From the NCBI GenBank assembly GCA_963725865.1, contig CAVSAC010000014.1:908378-972377 (forward strand): a DNA stretch of 64,000 nucleotides, given 5' to 3'. Source of the stretch: Candidatus Eiseniibacteriota bacterium. GTDB taxonomy: Bacteria; Eisenbacteria; RBG-16-71-46. The notes under the pieces were generated by a model. That model was given only the letters and a program-made list of their open reading frames with translations. It ran no database searches and had not been told where the DNA came from. Of this stretch, positions 19,894 to 29,285 are shown in pieces. How positions within the stretch are numbered: position 1 is the stretch's first letter; the number at the start of each line of letters is the position of its first letter. The position numbers were made by a program, and so were the translations under genes.

Positions 19894-20747
19894 CAGTGGA
19901 CCGGGAAGTAGCCGACCGCGGTCACGACCGCCTGGCCGGAATCCGAGAGCGCGTAGTCGGTGAAGCTCGCCATCAGTCCCGCGGGCGCCGTCCGCGCGTA
20001 GAAGTACAGCGCGCGCGCCAGCGGGTACGAGCCGTCGTTGACGCTCGCCAGGCTGGGCAGCACCGCGGGGCCGGACGCGTCGGTCCGCAGCGCGAGGTCG
20101 CGCACGCCCGTCGCGTACGCGGCGCCCCCGTAGCCGATGCCGCTCGGGTCCTGCGCGACCGCGTTGACCACCGCAGCGGTGCCCGGCAGCGTCTGCATGG
20201 CGGCGGTGTAGTCGGCGCCCTTGAGCACGTGCTCCTTGAAGAACACGTACGTGCCCGAGCTGTTCTCGCGTCCGTAGAGCGTGATGTGGCCGGACGTGCC
20301 GCCGAGTTCCGTCCAGTCGGTGATGGAGCCGACGTAGATGCCGCGCAGCTGGTCGAGCGTGACCGCCTTCACCGGATTGGCGTCGTTCACGTAGATCGAG
20401 ATGCCGTCCCGTGCGACCACGATCACGTGGGCGCGGGCGCCGAACTTGCTCTGGATGGTCGAGTCCTCGCGCGGCTCGATCGGCCGGGAGGCCATGCAGA
20501 GGTCGGTGGTGCCGTTGATGAGCGCGGCGATGCCGGTGCCCGAGCCGCCGCCGGTGACCTGGACGCGCTCGCCGGGGTGGGTGGCCATGTAGCGTTCGGC
20601 CCAGCGCTGCACCAGCAGCACCATGGTGTCGGAGCCCTTGATGGTGAGGTCCTCCACGCGCGGGTGGCGCGCGCACTGCGTGAGCACGAGCGCGGCGAAC
20701 AAGCCGAGCGCCAGCAGCCCGAGGCGGATGGTGGTGCGGGACGACAT
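19893..20747 (-). CDS. pstS: Phosphate-binding protein PstS, copy 2, proximal to pstC
   Basis: It has a signal peptide and lipobox-like LTQC, the TIKGSDTM...VTGGGSGTGIAALINGTTDL motif, and LYGRENSSGTY. Confidence 0.85.
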   Translation of the reverse strand: MSSRTTIRLGLLALGLFAALVLTQCARHPRVEDLTIKGSDTMVLLVQRWAERYMATHPGERVQVTGGGSGTGIAALINGTTDLCMASRPIEPREDSTIQSKFGARAHVIVVARDGISIYVNDANPVKAVTLDQLRGIYVGSITDWTELGGTSGHITLYGRENSSGTYVFFKEHVLKGADYTAAMQTLPGTAAVVNAVAQDPSGIGYGGAAYATGVRDLALRTDASGPAVLPSLASVNDGSYPLARALYFYARTAPAGLMASFTDYALSDSGQAVVTAVGYFPVH

Positions 20748-20756
20748 GACAGCCTC

Positions 20757-21605
20757 CTAGTGCAGCGGGAAGTACCCGACCTCGGTCGCGAGCGATTGGC
20801 CGGCGGGCGAGAGCACCCAGTCCACGAATGCCTTCGCGGGCCCGGCCGGCTTGACGCGGGCGTAGAGGTAGAGCGAGCGGGTGATGGGATACGAGCCGTC
20901 GCGCACGGTGGCGGCGCTGGGCGCGACGGCGGGCGTGGCGGCGTCCACCTTCACGCCCAGCTCGCGCACGCCCCGGGCGTAGGCGGCGCCGCCGTAGCCG
21001 ATGCCGTTGGGGTCGTTCGCCACCGCGTTCACCACCGCGGCGGTGCCGGGCAGGGTCTGTGTGCGCGCCGCGTAGTCGCGGCCGAGCAGCACGTTGTCCT
21101 TGAAGTACACGTAGGTGCCCGAGCTGTTCTCGCGCCCGTAGAGCACGATGATCGCGTCGCGGCCGCCGACCTGCTTCCAGTTCGTGAACTGGCCGGTGTA
21201 GATCGCGCGCAGCTGCTCGATGGAGAGCGCCTGCACCGGATTCGCCTCGTTCACGTAGACCGAGAGGCCGTCCTTGGCGACCGCGATCTCGACGCCCATC
21301 GACTGGAAACGGTCCCGGAGCTTCATCCGCTCGTCGGGCTTCATCGGGCGCGAGGCCATGCAGAGATCGGTGGTGCCGTTGATGAGCGCCGCGATCCCGG
21401 TGCCCGAGCCGCCGCCCGTGACCTGCACGATCGCGCCGGGGTGCTCGTTCATGTAGGTCTCGGCCCAGCGCTGCACCAGGATCACCATGGTGTCCGAGCC
21501 CTTGATCGTGAGTCCGCGGCCCGCGTGGGCCACCGGGGCGAGCGCCACGACTGCGGTGAGTCCGGCGAGCGCGCATGCGAAGGCGAACGGGCGGAACGGC
21601 GTCAT
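20757..21605 (-). CDS. pstS: Phosphate-binding protein PstS, copy 1, tandem paralog
   Basis: About 60% identical to copy 2 and shares the same motifs. It has a signal peptide ending AHAG and an AGGAG RBS. Confidence 0.85.
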   Translation of the reverse strand: MTPFRPFAFACALAGLTAVVALAPVAHAGRGLTIKGSDTMVILVQRWAETYMNEHPGAIVQVTGGGSGTGIAALINGTTDLCMASRPMKPDERMKLRDRFQSMGVEIAVAKDGLSVYVNEANPVQALSIEQLRAIYTGQFTNWKQVGGRDAIIVLYGRENSSGTYVYFKDNVLLGRDYAARTQTLPGTAAVVNAVANDPNGIGYGGAAYARGVRELGVKVDAATPAVAPSAATVRDGSYPITRSLYLYARVKPAGPAKAFVDWVLSPAGQSLATEVGYFPLH

Positions 21606-21616
21606 GAGTCGGGCTC

Positions 21617-22864
21617 CTAGTACTTGTGCTGGACCTGGACGGTCCAGAGGTTGTCGTGCGGATCGACGGAGCGGCCCGCCACCGGCGCTTCGGTGCGGGG
21701 CGCGTCGTAGGACGCGGTGACGCGGGTGAGCCCGCCCCAGAACCAGCTCGCGCCGGCGCCGATCCGCTCGTACTGGTCGTGCGCCGCGTCCGTGTTCGGG
21801 TCGTACCAGTCGTAGCGCCCGGCGAGCTGGAACTGCTCGCCGAGGTTCTGCACCCACATCACGTAGCCGCCCTGCGCGTCGGTGGCGAAGTGATCGAGTC
21901 GCGCGCCCGCGGCGAGCAGCCGGCCGGCGGAGCTGGTGGCCGTGAACGCCTTCACCGAGTCCGGGTTGACCTCCTGGCCGGCGTAGTACTCGCCCTTCAG
22001 GCTGCCCCCGCCCACCACCGGCAGCTGGTAGTAGCCCTGGACGTCGAACCCGATGCGCGTCTTGTCGGACTCCACATCGGGTCCGGTGAGCGCGGTGAGC
22101 TGGCGTCCGCGGTACCAGGACACCGCGCCGTCGAGCTGGCCCTGCGCGTAGCGGATCCGCGCGACGAAGTCCTTCGCGCGGGTCGGATCGGTGTTCGGGA
22201 AGTCGGCGCTGTTGATCCCACCGCCGTTGAGGATCCCGACCACGGTCTCGAGCCGGGGGGTCCACTGGCTGACCAGCTTCACGCCGCGGTCGCGCTCGCC
22301 GGAGAACAGCACGTTCTCGGCGCGCGAGCGTTCGGGCAGCTCGCGCACGCTCGAGGAGCGCTCGATCTCGTAGCCGAACGGCACGTTCATCTGGCCGATC
22401 GTCACCCGGTGCGCGTGCAGGGGCGTCCACGGATCGAGCAGCGTGACGTACGCCTCGAGCAGGCGGACCGTGCGGTCCTGCCCGCCGTCGACGTACACCA
22501 CCGCCTCGCTGTACGGCCCGCCGTCGTAGGTGAGCTTCAGGCGCGCGCGGCGGATGTAGAACCGTGCGACGTTCGCCGGCGTGATCACCGCCGGGTCGCC
22601 CTTCACCTTCACCGAGTCGCGCTGGTTCTCGGACGACTCCCAGCGGCTCTGGACGTAGCCCGAGAGCCTGAACTTCTTGAGCTTGTCGAGGTCGGCCTGC
22701 AGCGACTGGAACTGCTCGGTCATGCCGTCGAGATCGCCGCGCAGCAGGGCCAGGCGCCCGCGTAACGCCGCGAGCGAATCGGCGCCGGCGTCCTGCGCGA
22801 ACGCCGCCGCGGGCAGCAGCACGAGCCCGAGCGCCGTGGCGGCGACGGTGGATCGGATGTTCAC
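21617..22864 (-). CDS. Phosphate-selective porin O/P family outer-membrane porin with an N-terminal coiled coil
   Basis: It has a GTG start with a GGAGGA RBS and a signal peptide AAFAQ. A coiled-coil region (LDKLKK) precedes a beta-barrel with Trp/Tyr-rich strands ending ...VQVQHKY. It lies directly upstream of pstS. Confidence 0.7.
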   Translation of the reverse strand: MNIRSTVAATALGLVLLPAAAFAQDAGADSLAALRGRLALLRGDLDGMTEQFQSLQADLDKLKKFRLSGYVQSRWESSENQRDSVKVKGDPAVITPANVARFYIRRARLKLTYDGGPYSEAVVYVDGGQDRTVRLLEAYVTLLDPWTPLHAHRVTIGQMNVPFGYEIERSSSVRELPERSRAENVLFSGERDRGVKLVSQWTPRLETVVGILNGGGINSADFPNTDPTRAKDFVARIRYAQGQLDGAVSWYRGRQLTALTGPDVESDKTRIGFDVQGYYQLPVVGGGSLKGEYYAGQEVNPDSVKAFTATSSAGRLLAAGARLDHFATDAQGGYVMWVQNLGEQFQLAGRYDWYDPNTDAAHDQYERIGAGASWFWGGLTRVTASYDAPRTEAPVAGRSVDPHDNLWTVQVQHKY

Positions 22865-23009
22865 GTGCGCGGGTCCTCCGTTCGCGGGCCCCCGCTGGGA
22901 CGGCGGATCGGGGCGCGGGGCGCTACGAGTGGGGTTGACGGTATCCGTCCCGGGTTGCCGGAACGTGGCCGCGGTGTTTCCGCGGCGTGAACGTCGCGGG
23001 CGAGCGGTC

Positions 23010-23366
23010 TCACTCGGCGAGGTGGAGGCCGCGGCCTGCGCGAGGCACGCGCTGGCGCCGCGTGCGCAGCGACCGCCGGCGCGCGGCCATCACGATCTCG
23101 GCGTAGTCGATCCCGGCGGTGGCGACCGCGGCTCGCCACGATCCGAACATGCGGCGGGCGCGGGCGTAGAGCGCGCTGTGCCGCTCGTGGATGCGGAACA
23201 GCCCGTCGTCGCGCCGGGCGAGGTCGCGGATGCGTTGCAGCACCGCCTCGGGGGTCATGAGCGCGGGCCGGCCCGGCGCACGGCGCGACGCCGCCCCGAC
23301 CCGAGAAGCCGCCCGCGGATCGCGGCCCACGGTGCGGAATGACGGCGTCTCGGAAGCGAGGGACAT
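23010..23366 (-). CDS. Hypothetical small basic protein
   Basis: An ATG at 23366 is preceded by an AGGAGA RBS. It is 118 aa. The C-terminal segment (RIRDLARRDDGLFRIHERHSALYARARRMFGSWRAAVATAGIDYAEI) has no family I recognise. Confidence 0.35.
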   Translation of the reverse strand: MSLASETPSFRTVGRDPRAASRVGAASRRAPGRPALMTPEAVLQRIRDLARRDDGLFRIHERHSALYARARRMFGSWRAAVATAGIDYAEIVMAARRRSLRTRRQRVPRAGRGLHLAE

Positions 23367-23546
23367 CGGCGTCTCCTGGTCGTCCGGTCGGGGGGCCCGG
23401 CACGTGCAGCAGGAGATCATGCCGGACGTGACCGCGGAGTTACGGCAACGTGGCCGGAAGGAAAACTTCGTCAACCTCGTGATCGCGCCGTCGCGCGGCC
23501 GACGGCGTCGCGAGGCCGGCCCCCCTCGCTCCGCGGGAGGCGGCGC

Positions 23547-24242
23547 TCAGTCCTTCACGCTGTAGATCTTGAACGCGCCTTTGCGCTCGGCGATGGAGCG
23601 GATCCAATCGAGCCGCTCGAGCTGGCCGAGCTCGTTCCGCGCGATCAGCGTGACGCGGTCGTGGAGGGCGAAATTCCGATAGCGCGTCGCGGGTGCGATC
23701 GCCTCGAAGCGCACGTACTCCAGGAAGCGCCCTCCGTGATCGCGGAGCGCAATGCCGCACCCGCCGCGGAGCCGCGCCCCGAGGATCCTCCACCCATCCT
23801 GCCACTCCAGCCCGGTGGCCGGACGGCTCTGCGGGAACTCGCGCCACAGGATGTCCCGGAACTCGCTGTCGGCGACGCAGAGGGCGAGCAGCGAGTCGCG
23901 CTGCTGGTGATGCAGTGCGCGACAGACCCGGCGCCCGAGCTCGTCGAGGCTACGCGCCCCGCCGTGGAAGCGTTGGCGCACCAGCGGCGAGCCGGTCCGC
24001 CGCCCGAGGACCACGGCGAGGGATTCGGGGTCGTGTGCGGGGCGATAGCCCGGCGAGTCCTTCACCGAGGGCCGCCGCGCGGTGGCCGCCGTGGCGGGTG
24101 CGGCGGGCGTGGCGGGCGTGGGGTTCGAGCCCTGCGCCCACGCCACCGCGACGACCAGCAGGCTGGCGGCGGCCAACCCCAGCGTGGCCCGGGCGCCGTC
24201 CCGAACGCGCGCGCCGGCGCGAGACGTCCGATGCGCGCTCAT
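23547..24242 (-). CDS. Hypothetical secreted protein, translationally coupled to the TonB-dependent receptor gene
   Basis: Its ATG overlaps the TBDR stop (ATGA). It has a signal peptide LGLAAASLLVVAVAWAQG and a Pro/Thr/Ala linker. It is 231 aa and unknown. Confidence 0.5.
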   Translation of the reverse strand: MSAHRTSRAGARVRDGARATLGLAAASLLVVAVAWAQGSNPTPATPAAPATAATARRPSVKDSPGYRPAHDPESLAVVLGRRTGSPLVRQRFHGGARSLDELGRRVCRALHHQQRDSLLALCVADSEFRDILWREFPQSRPATGLEWQDGWRILGARLRGGCGIALRDHGGRFLEYVRFEAIAPATRYRNFALHDRVTLIARNELGQLERLDWIRSIAERKGAFKIYSVKD

Positions 24243-27085
24243 GAGCCGAAGGAGAACGCCAGCGAGTAGGTGCGGCCGCTGCGGTAGCCGGTGACCTCGC
24301 GCCCGCCCTGGAGTCGCTGGATGCGCGGGTCGAGCAGGTTGCGCGCCGACAGCTTCAGGCGGGTGCCGCGGACGGGCGCGACACCCAGCGTTGCGTCGAG
24401 GCTGGCGCTCGGCCGCTCGTAGACGTCCCCGATCGCCTTCAGCCCGAGCGCCTCGAGGCGCTTGCCCACCGCGCTCATCAGCACGGACGCGTCCACGCGC
24501 CCGCTCGCCGAGGTGTAGCCCAGCGCGCCGTTCACGACGTAGGCGGCCTGGCCCTGGAGCGGGTGCTGCTGCGAGCCGTATGCCGTGAGCTGCGGCTTGA
24601 GACGAATCCGGGTGGAGATGAAGGACGCGTTCGTGTTGAGCGAGAAGCGGCTCAGCGCGGGCGCCAGGCGGCCGAGTCCGGTGCGCGCTTCGAGCTCCAC
24701 GCCGAGGTTGCGGCCGCGGTCCGAGTTGTACGGCTTGAGCCCCATCGGGGTGGACGCTTCGAGCACCTGCTCGATCGGCTCGCTCAGGCGCTTGTAGAAG
24801 AAGCCCGCGGCCAGCACCTCCGAGAGCGATGGGAACGCTTCGATCCTCATGTCGTAATTCTCGATCAGCGTGCGGCTCAGGTGAGGATTCCCCATTTGCT
24901 GGAAGCCGCCGATGTACTCGAACGCGGGGCTCGTGGAGAGCTCGTTGAGGTCCGGGCGCGACAGCGTCCGACTCGCCGCGACGCGCAGGTTGACGTCGTG
25001 CCTCACCGCCCAGGTCAGGTTGGCCGAGGGCAGCCAATCGGTGCGCGCGTAGCCGCCCTGGTCGACGATGCGAGTCGGGTTGAACAGGTCGAAGCTGCGG
25101 ACTTCCTGGGTGCCGCGCTCGGCGCGCACCCCGAGGGTCGCGCGCAGCGCTCCACCGAGCGGCACGTCTGCGCTCAGGTAGCCCGCGCGGACCATCTGTC
25201 GCGCGTGGTAGTTGTCCTGGGGCAGCGTGGCCTCGTCCACGTAGGCGCTGCCGGGCGTGCCGTCGAAGGCCCCGGGACCGAACAGCGTCTCGGGCGGCGC
25301 GCCGGGATCGGCGTTGGCGTTCGGGTAGAAGTTGAACCGCCGGTAGAAGTTCTCGCGCCGCTTGCTCTGGCGGTCGTATCCGACCACCCACTTGCCGCGC
25401 CCGAGGCCGCCGAGGCGATAGGGGACGGCGGTGCTGGCGCTCGCGCCCCACCCGTCGTCGCGCAGGTCGCCGAACTCGCGCCGGCCGGTCGAGCCCGACC
25501 AGTTGTCCACGAGATTCCCGGTGCCGTCGTCGTAGGGGTGATAGCTGTAGGAGGTCTCGCGCCGGTCGGGTTGCTGCCGTCGCGCGCGCGAGCGGCTCAG
25601 CTGCCAGTCGACGGTCGCCCCCAGCACGTGCTCGAATTCGTGCTTGCCCCCGAGGTTGGCCGAGAGCACGTCGCGCTCGATGTACATCAGGCGGGTATCG
25701 CGGTGGACCAGCCACGTCCCCGTCGTGGCTTCCACCTGGTTGTGGTCCTGCCCCTCGTAGGTGCGGACCTCGTCGTCCGCGCTGTGGGTCCAGAGCCCGC
25801 GCAGATGGAGGGTGTGCTGCGGCGAGAGCCGGTAGCTGAGGCCGGTCACCCCGCCGAGCTGCGCCGACTCCTTCGACCAGTGGACCGCGTAGTCCGTGAG
25901 CGTGTCGCGTTCGTTCGGGAACAGACGCTGGGACTCGTCCTGCGCGTCGAAGGAGCGCGACAGGCTGCCGGACGCGATCACGCCCAGGGAGCGGCCGAGC
26001 AGCTGGTACTCGTCGCCGAAGGCGGCGGAGTAGCCGGCATTGGGGATGGCTCGGGCCGTGGTCGGCGACCACACGTCGTGGAACGCGCCCGCGATGGCCG
26101 CGAGCGTGCCGCGGGTGAAGAAGCCGCGCGCCGGGTTGCCTTCGCGCAGCTGCCGGTCGCCGGCGAGGTCGAACACCGCATCGGGGATCTTCCGCGCGCC
26201 GCTACCGAAGCCGAACAGGTCGGAGCGCGAACCGCGGTAGGTGCGCACGCGCTGGAACGTGACGCCCTCGGCGTAGCCCTGCGAGACCGAGAACGACCAG
26301 GTGCGCTCGCCGGGGAAGTCCTTGGTGTGGACCTGGACGTCTCCCCCGCCGAACTCGCCCGGCCGGTCGGCGGTGTAGGTCTTCTGCACCACGATGTTGT
26401 CGAGCAGGCTGGCGGGGAAGAGATCGAGCGGCACGACGCGCTTGTTCTGCTCCGGGCTCGCGATGCGCACGCCGTCCACCTCGGTCGAGCTGTAGCGCTC
26501 GCCGAGCCCGCGCACGAACACGAACTTCCCGCTCGAGACGGACAGCCCCGTGACGCGGCGCAGCACTTCGCCGGCGTCCTTGTCGGGGGAGCGGCGCACC
26601 TGCTCGGCGCTGACGGCGTCCCCCACCGCGACGGCCTTCCGGCGGACCGCGAGCAGGGCGCTCTCCGTGTTCTGCCGCAGGGCCGCCTCGACCACGACCT
26701 CCTGCTGCTGGATCGCCGCCGGGTCGAGCGCGGCGCTGATGGGCAGCAGCTGGCCGGGCTCGATGCGGATCCCCTCGATGCGCTTGCGGGCGTAGGACAT
26801 GGCGCGGAACTCGAGCGCGTACAGGCCCGGCGCGGCCTCGATCAGGAACGTGCCGTCGCCATTCGTCATCGCGCCGATGCGGCGCAGCGTGGTGTCGGTC
26901 GGGACCAGTCGCACGTCTGCGAAGCCGAGCGGCTCGCCGGTGTCGGTCGCGACGAGCCGGCCTTGGACCTTGCCGATCGGGGCGGCGGCCGCCGCGCGGG
27001 CGCCGGGGCATCCGACCAAGAACGCGAGGGCGATGACGAACGACCACGTGGAGAGAGCGAGCAGCGGGTCTGCCTTGCGACGCAT
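24239..27085 (-). CDS. TonB-dependent outer-membrane receptor with an N-terminal carboxypeptidase-regulatory-like domain
   Basis: It has a GGAGGA RBS and a signal peptide. The CarbopepD_reg-like N-terminus reads GKVQGRLVATDTGEPLGFADVRLV. The plug and barrel follow, with the TonB-box/plug motif EVLRRVTGLSVS...FVFVRGLGERYS, and the protein ends ...SLAFSFGS. Confidence 0.85.
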   Translation of the reverse strand: MRRKADPLLALSTWSFVIALAFLVGCPGARAAAAAPIGKVQGRLVATDTGEPLGFADVRLVPTDTTLRRIGAMTNGDGTFLIEAAPGLYALEFRAMSYARKRIEGIRIEPGQLLPISAALDPAAIQQQEVVVEAALRQNTESALLAVRRKAVAVGDAVSAEQVRRSPDKDAGEVLRRVTGLSVSSGKFVFVRGLGERYSSTEVDGVRIASPEQNKRVVPLDLFPASLLDNIVVQKTYTADRPGEFGGGDVQVHTKDFPGERTWSFSVSQGYAEGVTFQRVRTYRGSRSDLFGFGSGARKIPDAVFDLAGDRQLREGNPARGFFTRGTLAAIAGAFHDVWSPTTARAIPNAGYSAAFGDEYQLLGRSLGVIASGSLSRSFDAQDESQRLFPNERDTLTDYAVHWSKESAQLGGVTGLSYRLSPQHTLHLRGLWTHSADDEVRTYEGQDHNQVEATTGTWLVHRDTRLMYIERDVLSANLGGKHEFEHVLGATVDWQLSRSRARRQQPDRRETSYSYHPYDDGTGNLVDNWSGSTGRREFGDLRDDGWGASASTAVPYRLGGLGRGKWVVGYDRQSKRRENFYRRFNFYPNANADPGAPPETLFGPGAFDGTPGSAYVDEATLPQDNYHARQMVRAGYLSADVPLGGALRATLGVRAERGTQEVRSFDLFNPTRIVDQGGYARTDWLPSANLTWAVRHDVNLRVAASRTLSRPDLNELSTSPAFEYIGGFQQMGNPHLSRTLIENYDMRIEAFPSLSEVLAAGFFYKRLSEPIEQVLEASTPMGLKPYNSDRGRNLGVELEARTGLGRLAPALSRFSLNTNASFISTRIRLKPQLTAYGSQQHPLQGQAAYVVNGALGYTSASGRVDASVLMSAVGKRLEALGLKAIGDVYERPSASLDATLGVAPVRGTRLKLSARNLLDPRIQRLQGGREVTGYRSGRTYSLAFSFGS

Positions 27086-27202
27086 CGGTTCATCCTCCGG
27101 GGAAGGGAAGGTGCTCAGTTCCTCGGGTTCGATTTGCGGCCTCCGCGCCGAGACCCGGCCGCGACGCGGCTCGCGACCGGGTCGGCCCGGAACCGCCGGG
27201 TT

Positions 27203-28951
27203 TCAGTCCACTCGGACGATCTTGCCGGTGGCCGTCGCTCCGTCGGCGAACACCTTGTAGAAGTACACGCCCCCCGGGGTGGCGCGGTCCGCCTGCCATG
27301 CCAGCGAGTGCGCGCCGGGCGACATCAGGCCGGGCTCGAGCGACGCGACGCGGCGGCCCGCCGCCGAGAAGATGTCCACCCGCACGGTCGCCGTCTTCGC
27401 GAGCGTGAAGTTGAAGTTCGTCCGGCTGCGGAACGGGTTCGGCGCGCCGTAGGCAACGAACACGTTGCCGGTCGCGATCGGCGCGGACGCGACGTTGCAG
27501 AACAGCGCCGGCGCCGCGGGCGGAGCCGCGCAGTGCGCCTCGAAGGTCGCGTTGTCGTCCACCTTCAGCGCCGCGGTCTTGAAGTCGTAGATGACCGAGT
27601 TCAGCACCTGGCCGCCGGTGCCGCGGCGCCAGTTGACGCCCGCGGTGGGGCCGGGAAACGTCGGCCCGACGCGCCTGTCGCCGATCATGGTCATGTTCGA
27701 GATGGTCGGGTTGGAGCGGCCCGAGCACACCGTCGCATCGAAATCGAACTCGTTGTCGTCGGCCTCGATGCCCTTGTCGCCGTTCTGGGTGCCCGAGGGT
27801 GCGAAGCGCGGGCTCTGGCGCACGATCACGAACTGCGAGCGACCGGTGTAGCCCATCTGCCAGTCGTAGCCGTCGTCGGTGCCGTCGATGCCGATCAGGT
27901 ACTTGCTGTCCATCGCGCCGCCGAACCACTCGAACGAGTCGTCGGCGCCCAGGAAGGCCTCGAGGTGGTCAGCGGTGGTGCCGCGGCCCACCGCGCAGAA
28001 CGTGAACGAGTTGAGCTCGTTGTTGGGCGTGATCTCCTTGCCCGAGAACTCCACGCGGACGTACTGGAGGACGCCGGAGTCGTCGTTGTCGTCGTTGCCG
28101 CCGTAGTAACCGATCGCGCCACCCTCGGCGGCGGCGGAGTCGCCGGCGCACGAGTTGGCGAGGTTGGTCTTGCCGTAGCCGTTGATGATCAGCCCGCCGC
28201 CGGCGCCGGTGTGCATCGTGCCCGGGGCGTCGTCGGACGTGATGACGATCGGCGCGGTCCGTGTGCCGGTCGCGAAGATCTTGGCGCCGCGCTCGACGAT
28301 GATGGTCCCGAGCGTGGCGCGCTCCTCGAAGATCACCACGCCGGCCGGGATGGTGAGCGAGGCCTGGCTCTTGACGCGCAGCTGTCCGCGGAGGAGGTAG
28401 TTGCTGTCCGCGGCCCAGGTCTGGCTCGCGTACAGATTGATGTTCTCGTAGACCGCGAGCGGGCGCGGATCGGGCATGCCGACCAGGTGCAGGTCCTGGC
28501 GGCCGGCGCCGGTCGAGTCGTAGTAGGTCCAGCCCTGGGTCCAATCCTCCGCGGGGTCCGGCGACAACGCGCCGGCGTAGCAGGTCTGGGTGAAGAAGCC
28601 GTCGTTGGGGACGGTCACCGCGTGGCCGTAAGCCGGGCTGCCGAGCGCCGGGCGGAAGTCGGGCACCACGTTCGCCTGGTACACGGCGTTCGGGAGCAGC
28701 GGATCCGCGTAGAGGTTGTGGGTGTAGGTCACGGTGCCGAGGTCGGCGGCCGTGAACGGCAACACGCAGGCCGGCCCGGCGGCGGTGCCGGAGAACTGGC
28801 CGCGGAACGTGCCGGTGACGTTGTTGTTGAAGACGACGTTGCCGTCGAAGACCAGCTGCGCGGCGGCGCTGCCCGCGCTCAGAGCGAGCAGCCCGAGCGC
28901 GACCAGGCCGCGGCGCAGGCGCGAGAGTCCGTCGTGGTGTGCGTTTCGCAT
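27203..28951 (-). CDS. Large secreted protein of unknown function with a C-terminal T9SS type-A / FlgD-Ig-like sorting domain
   Basis: The ATG has a GGGAGG RBS. It has a signal peptide LVALGLLALSAGSAAAQ and an Asp/Gly/Asn-rich body with no motifs I recognise. The C-terminus reads YGAPNPFRSRTNFNFTLAKTATVRVDIFSAAGRRVASL...GGVYFYKV...GKIVRVD. Confidence 0.6.
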   Translation of the reverse strand: MRNAHHDGLSRLRRGLVALGLLALSAGSAAAQLVFDGNVVFNNNVTGTFRGQFSGTAAGPACVLPFTAADLGTVTYTHNLYADPLLPNAVYQANVVPDFRPALGSPAYGHAVTVPNDGFFTQTCYAGALSPDPAEDWTQGWTYYDSTGAGRQDLHLVGMPDPRPLAVYENINLYASQTWAADSNYLLRGQLRVKSQASLTIPAGVVIFEERATLGTIIVERGAKIFATGTRTAPIVITSDDAPGTMHTGAGGGLIINGYGKTNLANSCAGDSAAAEGGAIGYYGGNDDNDDSGVLQYVRVEFSGKEITPNNELNSFTFCAVGRGTTADHLEAFLGADDSFEWFGGAMDSKYLIGIDGTDDGYDWQMGYTGRSQFVIVRQSPRFAPSGTQNGDKGIEADDNEFDFDATVCSGRSNPTISNMTMIGDRRVGPTFPGPTAGVNWRRGTGGQVLNSVIYDFKTAALKVDDNATFEAHCAAPPAAPALFCNVASAPIATGNVFVAYGAPNPFRSRTNFNFTLAKTATVRVDIFSAAGRRVASLEPGLMSPGAHSLAWQADRATPGGVYFYKVFADGATATGKIVRVD

Positions 28952-29225
28952 GTTGCCTCCCGGGGCTGGACGAGTGGACGAGGTCGGCGGAACGGTCCCG
29001 GAGGGTCCGGGGTCTCGCGCCAGGGAGCCAGCCTGCGCGCGCGATCCGGATCCTCTCCAGGCAGATGGGGAGCGGCGTTGACGAGCGGATGGGACCGGGC
29101 TCGCAGCAGCCGATGACGACGCACCTTCCCAGTGACGGCGACCCCTGTGCTGCGGCCGCTCCCCGACGACCGGCACGCTATCGGGCGCACCCGCGCGATG
29201 ACGTGACCGGGAGGTGACGCGGCGG

Positions 29226-29270
29226 TAAAAGGCGAGCGCCCCCGGCGTGAACGAAACCGGGGGCGCTCGC
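29226..29270 (-). terminator. Rho-independent terminator downstream of phoR
   Basis: Perfect 14-bp stem gcgagcgcccccgg / ccgggggcgctcgc with an 11-nt loop. On the minus-strand transcript it is followed by UUUUACC (plus-strand ggtaaaa at 29224..29230). Confidence 0.6.
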
Positions 29271-29285
29271 GGCGCGGCCCGACGG

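Noticed and set aside
22865-23009. Possible Pho box upstream of the porin/pst operon (GGGTTGAC...GGGTTGCC direct repeat at 22932..22958; GGCGTGAACG also seen at 29245)
   Set aside because: The repeat spacing is about 19 nt and does not match the 11-nt PhoB-box periodicity. The shared GGCGTGAACG at 29245 is the loop of the phoR terminator hairpin. The evidence is too weak to call.
24563-29116. 1517-aa plus-strand ORF, the longest in the window
   Set aside because: It is antisense to the TonB-dependent receptor and the T9SS-cargo gene. The translation is almost entirely R/A/G/E/V low-complexity.
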